DNA of 17,968 bases from Chthonomonadales bacterium (GTDB taxonomy: Bacteria; Armatimonadota; Chthonomonadetes; Chthonomonadales; CAJBBX01). The notes beneath the pieces were generated by a model. That model made no database searches. It worked only from the letters and a program-made list of their open reading frames with translations, and was not told where the DNA came from. Shown here piece by piece: positions 8,265-15,332 of this stretch. A program made the translations under genes and the position numbers. The stretch is taken from positions 56,926 to 74,893 of the forward strand of contig JBBIPC010000019.1 in the NCBI GenBank assembly GCA_037443035.1, in the 5' to 3' direction. The number at the start of each line of letters is the position of its first letter. Position 1 is the first letter of the stretch.

Positions 8265-9122
8265 CTACGACCCCAGGCCACGCACGACGGCGTCAGCGAC
8301 TCGGACCACACGGGCCATAATCCCTACGTCGTGCACCCTCACGAGGGAAGCGCCTCCGGCAATCGCAAGCGCCACGGTAGCCGCGGTACCTTCGAGACGA
8401 TCGTCCGGGGCTGCTCCACCCAGAAGCGTGCCGATCATGGACTTCCGCGAAGTACCCACTAGGACGGGAAAGCCCAACTCCGCGATCTCGGGCAGTCGTC
8501 GTAGCAGCGCAAGGTTGTGGTCGAGCGTCTTGCCGAAGCCAAAGCCCGGATCAACTATCACGCGGTCTTCGGCAACCCCTGAGGCGATGACAGCCTCCGC
8601 GCGCTGTCGCAGATAGTCCCGTACTTCGGTAACTACATCGTTGTAGCGTGGATCCTTCTGCATGGTCTCGGGCGTGCCGCGCATATGCATCAGGCAGACG
8701 GCAGCACCTGTCTCTACGGCCACCGCCACCATTTCAGGGTCCGCTGTAAGAGCCGACACATCGTTGATGAGCGATGCACCTTTCCTGCAGGCGGCTCTGG
8801 CCACGCACGCCTTTCGTGTATCGATGGAGATCGGCACTGAGCAGTCCTGCGCCAATGCCTCCACGACAGGCAGGACTCTGCGTAGCTCTTCGTCCGGAGG
8901 CACAGGAGTCGCACCGGGTCGGGTGGACTCGCCTCCAACGTCCAGTATGTCGGCGCCTTCCTCCACCATGCGGTGGGCATGTGCCAAAGCCGCGTTCGTA
9001 TCGTAGTAGCGCCCGCCGTCAGAGAAGGAATCCGGTGTAACGTTCAGGATGCCCACGATCAGCGTACGTTCGCCGCTGCGGGCCATATCCAGCAGATTGC
9101 GCAGGTGGTTCACTGCGGTCAA
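8265..9122 (-). CDS. folP: Dihydropteroate synthase
   Basis: Motifs GILNVTPDSFSDGG, GADILDVGGESTRPGA, ISIDTRK, INDVS, LMHMRGTP, DPGFGFGK, GTSRKS and RVHDV. The TTG start overlaps the upstream TGA (TTGA); a slightly later start is possible. Confidence 0.96.
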   Translation of the reverse strand: MTAVNHLRNLLDMARSGERTLIVGILNVTPDSFSDGGRYYDTNAALAHAHRMVEEGADILDVGGESTRPGATPVPPDEELRRVLPVVEALAQDCSVPISIDTRKACVARAACRKGASLINDVSALTADPEMVAVAVETGAAVCLMHMRGTPETMQKDPRYNDVVTEVRDYLRQRAEAVIASGVAEDRVIVDPGFGFGKTLDHNLALLRRLPEIAELGFPVLVGTSRKSMIGTLLGGAAPDDRLEGTAATVALAIAGGASLVRVHDVGIMARVVRVADAVVRGLGS

Positions 9123-9916
9123 TGGTAGAGGCGTGGGGTTGTGCTCGTACCGAAGTCAGCCAGAATCTCGGAAGTGATCTCTTCCAGACGTCGCAGACCC
9201 CATTCGGAGAGAGAGAAACCTCGTTCCGTGATGGCGCGCTCCGGCTCGCGCATGACGCGGAGCCGAAAGACAGGATCATCCTCGGCCAGCATGATGATCT
9301 TGTGCAGTTCCACGAGGTCCAATGTCTCCATGTGCTCGCGGAGGTGGGTTCGGAGATCCTCGTCTTCGGCAAGGTCCAGAGCCCGCTGCAGATCCTCCAT
9401 GGCCATATGCGTTTGTCCCATGTGCTCCAGGAGCATGGCCCTCTTGAGTCTGTGGAGGGGTTCGTCCGGTTCCATGCGGACCATCTCGTTGGCTACGCGC
9501 ATAGCAGCATCGAAATCGCCTATGCTCATGTACGCAGCACCCATAGCATGACGTGCGGCCATGTGGCGAGGGGCGATCCGGAGGATCTCTCTAGATACCG
9601 CGATGGCACCGTCGAAGTTCCGAAGCTGCAGATAGAGGGCTACCATGGCCTCCCGAGGGGCCACGGCGTTGGGCCGCGCTGCCACCGCCTTCTCGGCAGC
9701 GCTCAGGGCGTCCTCAGGCCGTCCAAGCCACTGATAGACCTGCGACTGACGCAGATAGCAGTCGTAAGGATCAGCGCCCAGCGTCAGCGCCTGGTTCAAG
9801 CTGGTCAGCGCCTCGGCGTAGCGGCCATTGCGCACCATTCGGGAGGCGTGCCGCAGGGCTGCCGACGCCGTCTTTCGGTTCTCTCTCGGTGCTGGCTGTT
9901 GCTGCCGATCTGTCAT
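9119..9916 (-). CDS. Tetratricopeptide-repeat protein with a C-terminal NHLP-leader-like domain, 265 aa
   Basis: Start at MTDRQQQ (ATG 9914-9916). About five TPR units (GRYAEALTSLNQAL, GRPEDALSAAEKAV..RP, RNFDGAIAV..EIL..AP, GDFDAAM..EP, GQTHMAMEDLQRAL), followed by LHKIIMLAEDDPVFRLRVMREPERAITERGFSLSE. Confidence 0.82.
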   Translation of the reverse strand: MTDRQQQPAPRENRKTASAALRHASRMVRNGRYAEALTSLNQALTLGADPYDCYLRQSQVYQWLGRPEDALSAAEKAVAARPNAVAPREAMVALYLQLRNFDGAIAVSREILRIAPRHMAARHAMGAAYMSIGDFDAAMRVANEMVRMEPDEPLHRLKRAMLLEHMGQTHMAMEDLQRALDLAEDEDLRTHLREHMETLDLVELHKIIMLAEDDPVFRLRVMREPERAITERGFSLSEWGLRRLEEITSEILADFGTSTTPRLYH

Positions 9917-9933
9917 GGAACTGTCCCGCTTAG

Positions 9934-9962
9934 TAATACGTTGGACGGGAGAGGATTCCTGC
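9934..9962 (-). promoter_or_regulatory. Possible alternative-sigma (SigH/ECF-like) promoter for TPR gene-folP
   Basis: The minus strand reads GCAGGAATC-N11-AACGTATTA, 17 nt upstream of the ATG. This resembles the Bacillus SigH consensus (AGGA-A/T-rich, N11-12, GAAT) and ECF GGAA/CGT boxes, in the only sizeable gap of this run. Confidence 0.35.
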
Positions 9963-10035
9963 AAAGTCCCTGGGGATTCTCGGTGTTCTGGGGTACCGTC
10001 TGCCTGCGGCGCTCCCCATCGCTCGACGAACTCCT

Positions 10036-11442
10036 TCAGGCGTCGAGCAGTGCGGCGATATGCCCGTACAGCGCCGACCGTGTGGCCTGATTGATGGCAC
10101 ACGTGGCTCCTGCGCAGCCAACACAGTGTGGGCCAGGCAGCTCCTCCAACCGCGGCAGTGACCGACGGATGTTTTCTCTCAGGCCCTGAGACGCTGCGTC
10201 ACCCATCGGCGCCGGTCGGCGGATGGCGTGACCCCCGCACCAGTGCTGTGCACCATCAGGCAGAACACATGCCTGACTGGGCGCGACCCAGCACCGCTCG
10301 CAGAGGGCGCCTTGCCAGTAGACGCCGGTGGCAGCCAGTTCACTGTATTCCCGGAGCGACATACGATGGTCCACCCGCAGATACGGATTGGCAAACGGAA
10401 CCACCTCGGCCAGCGGCCGCTGCTCCTGTGCCGAGAGTCCTCTACGCGTCTGTTCTGCATGCCAGGCACGGTCTGCCTGATCCCAGATCTCGGAGTAGAA
10501 CCTCAGCCACTGTGCTGCCGTCGGTCTCAGCGCCGCGTTCGAGCTACCACCGATGGGAATGAGATGGAACGCGAAATCGTCCAGGCTCGATGCTCCATCG
10601 GTCAGCCTGCGGAGCGACCAGAGGGCTTGGAGCGTGTCTGGCACTTGCTCCATGTTACGATTCGTGACAACGCAGTTGATATGGATGCGCGGATGGTCAG
10701 AGCCGATGATCTCGCGCGCGAGCATGATGTTACGTATGCCCTGCCACACGGCCGCCACACGGCCGGCACCACCGAAAAGGACCGCCTGCACCGCGCGGTC
10801 ACTGCTGTCAAGAGAAACGTGGAGACGAGAGACACCTGAACGGACAAGGTGCATGGCGATCCTGGGTGTCAGGAGTGCTGCGTTTGTGTTGATGTTCACG
10901 GCGCAGCCCAGCGATGCCGCGAAGGCCGCCAGTCCATCCGCTCCCCAGACCAACTCACCGAGAAGCAACGGTTCCCCGCCCGTGATATAGACATATGGCG
11001 GCTGCGGTGAGGCCGCCTCAGCAATCAGCTCCTTGAAGCGCTCCATAGTCAGCTCATCATTTACGGCAATCTGATTGCAGTAGAGACAGCGCGGCCGGAA
11101 GGAACACCGCGTTGTGACCGTGAGACCCAGATACAGCAGAGGATGACGTGGATCGTCTTGCAGGGCCGTCCGCCAGTCTCCCAGGGCCTCCACCAGCTTC
11201 GCTCTGTCGCGCAACCCAGAAGCCACCATGGCGGACACACGATCGCCGTTGGCACGGATGAGATACGCAGGGACACCGCGAAGCTGAGAGGGCGGTGACG
11301 CAGCCGGCAGCCGCGTCTCTCGACACCAGCGGATGAACGCCTCGTCCTCGAGCACCGCTCTCCACGCTGTCGAACGCAGCAGCCTGCCCAATCTCGGCCG
11401 TTCAGAGGGCCAGAAGCATTCGAGCATTCGTGCTACGCTCAT
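10036..11442 (-). CDS. Radical SAM enzyme with atypical CX5CX2C motif and C-terminal SPASM/Twitch-like cysteines, 468 aa
   Basis: Start at MSVARML, whose ATG overlaps the DegT stop (ATGA). Motifs: TTRCSFRPRCLYCNQ, YITGGEPLL, INTNAALL, LHVSLDS, INCVVTNRN, and the C-terminal CERCWVAPSQACVLPDGAQHWCGGH...CVGCAGATC. Confidence 0.88.
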   Translation of the reverse strand: MSVARMLECFWPSERPRLGRLLRSTAWRAVLEDEAFIRWCRETRLPAASPPSQLRGVPAYLIRANGDRVSAMVASGLRDRAKLVEALGDWRTALQDDPRHPLLYLGLTVTTRCSFRPRCLYCNQIAVNDELTMERFKELIAEAASPQPPYVYITGGEPLLLGELVWGADGLAAFAASLGCAVNINTNAALLTPRIAMHLVRSGVSRLHVSLDSSDRAVQAVLFGGAGRVAAVWQGIRNIMLAREIIGSDHPRIHINCVVTNRNMEQVPDTLQALWSLRRLTDGASSLDDFAFHLIPIGGSSNAALRPTAAQWLRFYSEIWDQADRAWHAEQTRRGLSAQEQRPLAEVVPFANPYLRVDHRMSLREYSELAATGVYWQGALCERCWVAPSQACVLPDGAQHWCGGHAIRRPAPMGDAASQGLRENIRRSLPRLEELPGPHCVGCAGATCAINQATRSALYGHIAALLDA

Positions 11443-12668
11443 GTGCGTTGCGCCAGGCACCATGCTGCCGCGCGCCGGATACCTAGAGCCGTCTCCTCGA
11501 GGTCCTGTTCGTCGTAGGACTCGTTGACGCTGAGAATCAGACACCGTCGGAGTATGCCCTCGGCTTCCGGACAATCCCCGTGTGTGTACGCTCGAGTGCC
11601 GTAAGGGTGGCAGCTCCGCGAGTAAGCACTATGGTCTGCGAAAACGGGGTAGGCGTAGATCGGCTGGCCGATGTAATGAGCACTGACGGCCAGGCCCTCG
11701 GCTTGCATGGCAGCCGCCAGGTCATCGGCGGAGATTCCGACCGAGTCATCCGCCTGCATCATGTAGAACCACCAGGAGGGATTGCACCCGTCTGTCGCTA
11801 CGGGCAGCCGCACACCTGGCGTTCCAGCTAACAACTCCGTCAATCCGCGGCACCACTCCCGACGTCGAGAGACGATGCTATCGAGCTTCCTGAGCTGGGC
11901 AATGGCCACAGCCGCCTGAAGCTCTGTCATCCGGTAGTTGTTGGCAAGGAAGGTAGGATTGCGCATCGTCACGCCGGGTCGTCGGTCGTAGCACTTGTCT
12001 GTTGCCAGCCGTAACCGGACGGCGAGTTCTTCGTCGTCCGTGATCACGATGCCGCCGTCTCCACAGGAGATGTGCTTGAACTCGTTGAGGCTGAAGCATC
12101 CCACAACGCCATAGGTGCCCACAAGACGCTCTCCGTAGGTGCAACCGAGAGCCTGGGCGCAGTCCTCGATGAGCGGTACCTCGCGGTCCCGACACACGCG
12201 CAAGAGGCCGTCCAGATCGCATGCGTTCCCTGCTAGATGCACCGCAAGAACGGCAGCCGTCTTGTTTGTCATAGCAGCAGCCACAGAATCTGGTGAGAGT
12301 GTGGCGGTGGCCGGATCGAGGTCGGCAAAGACAGGGATCGCTCCCTGATAGAGGATGGGGACGACAGAGCCCATGTCCGTGATCGGAGACGTGATGACTT
12401 CCTCTCCCGGAGACACTCCCACTGCCGTAAGGGCTGCGTGAATGGCGGCGGTGCCGCTGGAACATGCAACGGCGTAACGAGAACCGACATGAGCAGCGAA
12501 CGAGTCCTCCAGCTCGTGGACCTTCTTTCCGTGAGCGTAGAAGAGCGTGCCCTGTTCCAGCGCCTCCGCGAGCTCCTTCAGCTCATCAGCTCCGTAGCGT
12601 GGTTCCCGTCGGTAAGGCTTCGTCTTGGCCTTGGCACCGCCAGCGATGGCCGCTCGATCCTCATGCAT
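11439..12668 (-). CDS. DegT/DnrJ/EryC1/StrS family PLP-dependent sugar/cyclitol aminotransferase
   Basis: 409 aa with AVACSSGTAAIHAAL, GEEVITSPIT, GAIPVFADLD, AVHLAG, IEDCAQALG, FSLNEFKHISCGDGG (PLP lysine) and NYRMTELQAA. GGAGG/GGAG RBS. Confidence 0.93.
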   Translation of the reverse strand: MHEDRAAIAGGAKAKTKPYRREPRYGADELKELAEALEQGTLFYAHGKKVHELEDSFAAHVGSRYAVACSSGTAAIHAALTAVGVSPGEEVITSPITDMGSVVPILYQGAIPVFADLDPATATLSPDSVAAAMTNKTAAVLAVHLAGNACDLDGLLRVCRDREVPLIEDCAQALGCTYGERLVGTYGVVGCFSLNEFKHISCGDGGIVITDDEELAVRLRLATDKCYDRRPGVTMRNPTFLANNYRMTELQAAVAIAQLRKLDSIVSRRREWCRGLTELLAGTPGVRLPVATDGCNPSWWFYMMQADDSVGISADDLAAAMQAEGLAVSAHYIGQPIYAYPVFADHSAYSRSCHPYGTRAYTHGDCPEAEGILRRCLILSVNESYDEQDLEETALGIRRAAAWCLAQRT

Positions 12669-12701
12669 CTCCGTTAACCTCCACCTGACGCCTTTCCATT
12701 C

Positions 12702-14435
12702 CTATGGATATTGGAGCGTGATGCGTTGCCCCTCCGCCACTGTCACTGTCTGCGCAGTGAAATGCAGTCCCCACCGCTCCACCTTTCCGCCAGCGTCTCG
12801 CCAGAGCACTGTGGCATCCTGTAGACCTGACGGCGCCTCCAGGACCGCCGTGACCCGACCGGCCGCCTCCCTCCGCCAATGCGACCAGCGACAGCCGACC
12901 CGCGCCGCTTCCCAGGCGGCGACCTCCTTGGCAGTCCACCACTCGCCGCCATGGTTCTGGACTAGCCTGACGGCACGCAGCAGAGCATCGGCAACACCCT
13001 CCGTCTGAATGTGCGCTGGATGAAACAGCAGGTGCAGAACGCCGTGGTGCCGAGCGACGCTAGCGTGCAGAGCATCACCAAGCTCGACCGGCGCGAAAAC
13101 CAGGAGATCCTGGGTAGGGGTTGGCATCTCCCAAACGTCCAGCATCGAGCCATCTCTCCGTACGGGTCGGAAGATATGGCAGGTGCCGAAGTTGAAACCA
13201 GCTTCGCCCGTCTTCGATGCACCTTTGGACTGATCCACAAGGATTCCGCGCTTGGCGCACCAGTCCAGGAACTCCAGGTCACCCTCCCATCGGAGGTAAT
13301 GGTTCTTGTTGGTACGCGGCGTCTCGCCAAAGAGCTGGCACAGGGTTAGCCACTGCGTCTGGAACTCGTCCTCGCTCCAGTGCGTTCCCACGCTCATGGC
13401 GTCGAAATGCATGGCCAGTTCGTGGCCAGCGGCACGGACAGCCTCGACAATCTCCACCGGATAGCCAGGGGACATAACGCACCACGTGGAGCGGATGCCA
13501 GCCTTGGCGACAATCTCCAGCATGGCCTCGGCCTTTGCCGGATCGTTGCCGTCGCTGTCATGGGAGAGGACTGCCAGCATCGGCAGATTGCGCGGATACA
13601 ACCACAGTACAGGCAACGCAACATTCGCCCGGGCGGCTCCATGAAGAATGGCTCGGATGAGAAGCTCGGCCCACAGGTCGGCCATGGGCTCGAGGAACGC
13701 TGTATAACCGTCCACGCCCGGAACTTGTTGTCTATCACGAATCCAGTCGAGCACCGCCCCGTCGTCGCTTTTCAACACACCATCACAGATGGGCGCAGTG
13801 CCATCGGGGGCGGGCACTCCGTCGCGGGTTACGGCGATGCCCTGACGAATCCGCACCATCGTGCCGGGAACATCTGGAGCCAAGAGGAGCACCGAACCCT
13901 TGCCGAGCTTTCGCTCCACGATTAGGGGACGCCCCTCCCACTCGCGAGCCGCAGCGTGGCTCGCCTCCACAGCGAGCACGCAGTTGTCGGTCTTGACTCG
14001 GACAGCGACACCGTTGAAGTAGTGAAGCGGTATGCGAAGATGTTCGGTGAGAGGCGACGGGACGGTTGGCCTGAGCCACCCTTCACCGAGCATGCCCAAC
14101 CCCCCGCCCCAGGACCCATAGGTTGGAGGTTCCGGCTCGACACCCAGCAGATCGGGATTGCCGCCGGTACCTGCCACAGCGATCCAGGTACCGCCCGCCT
14201 CGATCCAGGCTGCCAGGTCGGGCAAGAGACCCGGTGCCGCCTCACCGACGGTCACCAATACGGCAAGGTCCGCCAACGCCTCTCCCGCCGAGTGCGGCTG
14301 CAGGCTGCTGAACGGTATCCCGTAGTGTGTCAGCACATCCTCGATGACCGTTGGATACGAAAACGTGCGAGGACAGTTCGCTGCCGGCTGTGGCAGGATG
14401 CACAACCCGATAGGTACCGCGTTACCCCCATCCAT
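12702..14435 (-). CDS. Two-domain protein: N-terminal GATase1-like (Rossmann) domain plus CE4/NodB-like polysaccharide deacetylase domain
   Basis: 577 aa. N-terminal part has LAVLVTVG..LAAWIEAGGTWI..LLGV..RKLGKGSVLL. C-terminal part has LSHDSDGND, GIRSTWCV, GHELAMHFD, NKNHYLRW, GTCHIFRP, VWEMP and LLFHP. AGGGG RBS. Confidence 0.7.
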   Translation of the reverse strand: MDGGNAVPIGLCILPQPAANCPRTFSYPTVIEDVLTHYGIPFSSLQPHSAGEALADLAVLVTVGEAAPGLLPDLAAWIEAGGTWIAVAGTGGNPDLLGVEPEPPTYGSWGGGLGMLGEGWLRPTVPSPLTEHLRIPLHYFNGVAVRVKTDNCVLAVEASHAAAREWEGRPLIVERKLGKGSVLLLAPDVPGTMVRIRQGIAVTRDGVPAPDGTAPICDGVLKSDDGAVLDWIRDRQQVPGVDGYTAFLEPMADLWAELLIRAILHGAARANVALPVLWLYPRNLPMLAVLSHDSDGNDPAKAEAMLEIVAKAGIRSTWCVMSPGYPVEIVEAVRAAGHELAMHFDAMSVGTHWSEDEFQTQWLTLCQLFGETPRTNKNHYLRWEGDLEFLDWCAKRGILVDQSKGASKTGEAGFNFGTCHIFRPVRRDGSMLDVWEMPTPTQDLLVFAPVELGDALHASVARHHGVLHLLFHPAHIQTEGVADALLRAVRLVQNHGGEWWTAKEVAAWEAARVGCRWSHWRREAAGRVTAVLEAPSGLQDATVLWRDAGGKVERWGLHFTAQTVTVAEGQRITLQYP

Positions 14436-14505
14436 ATGGTGTCACCCCTAACGGAAACTAGACACGCACTGTAAGGCGCTAGGAACAGCACCGCCGCGCC
14501 TCGAT

Positions 14506-14520
14506 GCAGTATTATGGATG
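14506..14520 (+). promoter_or_regulatory. Putative -10 promoter element (TATTAT) for the DUF1080 gene
   Basis: GCAGTATTATGGATG lies about 50 nt before the GTG start at 14571 and is a near-copy of 5984-5998. Confidence 0.4.
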
Positions 14521-14570
14521 GAGCCGCGATCTTCCTTCCCGCGGCGAAGCGTCTGTCCAGGAGGACTGGA

Positions 14571-15332
14571 GTGCCGCGTCTACTACGAGTTTCTGCTCTG
14601 GCTGCAGTGCTGATCGTCTCAGGACACCGCCTGGCGGCTCAGGACTTTTCGCATCACGGTCAGCGGGCTCGCGAGATACTCAATGAGATGGTCCGAGTCC
14701 TGGACGCCATTCTCGCGCGCCAGGCGTCCGCCCCCAGTCCTTCCGCCACAGTCCTCTTCGACGGAAAGAGCCTCGGTGCGTGGAAGCGGACCGAATACGC
14801 GGGCGGTGGCGAGGTCCATGTCGAAACTGACTTCCGCGGCCAGGGACCAGCCATTCTTGTGGAGGCCGGGGCGACCCTCAGTGGCATCCACTGGACATCG
14901 GACGTCCCGAAGGATGGGTACGAAGTCAGTCTAGAGTTCATGAAGCTCGAGGGGAGTGACTTCGCATGTGGTCTAACGTTCCCTGTTGGTGACAGCCACG
15001 CCACCCTGGTCCTTGGCGGCTGGGGAGGCGGTGTCGTTGGTCTCTCGTCCATTGACGGCCACGACGCTTCGGAAAACGAGACCACGACGTACCGCAGCTT
15101 TCCCGAAAACCGCTGGTACCGCGTGCGCCTGCGCGTCGTCCTGCCTCGCATAGAAGTGTGGCTGGACGATGAGAGGATTCTCTCGGTGGACACTACAGGC
15201 AAGAAGATCAGCCTGCGCCACGGAGAGATATGGCGATCTGCACCGCTGGGTCTTGCCACCTATCAGACGACAGCGGCGTATCGGCACCTCACATTGAAGC
15301 GCCTCGATCAGCCGGCCCGCCCAGATCGCTAG
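14571..15332 (+). CDS. Secreted DUF1080 (3-keto-disaccharide hydrolase-like) protein, 253 aa
   Basis: GTG at 14571 with AGGAGG 6 nt upstream fits better than ATG 14514, which overlaps the -10 box. Signal peptide MPRLLRVSALAAVLIVSGHRLAA|QD. Motifs: LFDGKSLGAW, YEVSLEF, GSDFACGLTFPV, LVLGGWGGGVVGLSSIDG, NRWYRVRLRV and IEVWLDD. Confidence 0.8.
   Translation: MPRLLRVSALAAVLIVSGHRLAAQDFSHHGQRAREILNEMVRVLDAILARQASAPSPSATVLFDGKSLGAWKRTEYAGGGEVHVETDFRGQGPAILVEAGATLSGIHWTSDVPKDGYEVSLEFMKLEGSDFACGLTFPVGDSHATLVLGGWGGGVVGLSSIDGHDASENETTTYRSFPENRWYRVRLRVVLPRIEVWLDDERILSVDTTGKKISLRHGEIWRSAPLGLATYQTTAAYRHLTLKRLDQPARPDR

Noticed and set aside
9917..10035. Small standalone RiPP precursor ORF between the radical SAM and TPR genes
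   Set aside because: No convincing short ORF with its own stop and precursor-like composition. The open frame here is only the upstream extension of the TPR ORF.
9122..10090. 322-aa plus-strand ORF opposite the TPR gene
   Set aside because: In-register antisense shadow with no RBS or motifs.
11443..11574. N-terminal extension of the radical SAM ORF
   Set aside because: It overlaps the DegT gene. ATGA coupling at 11439-11442 is the more plausible start.
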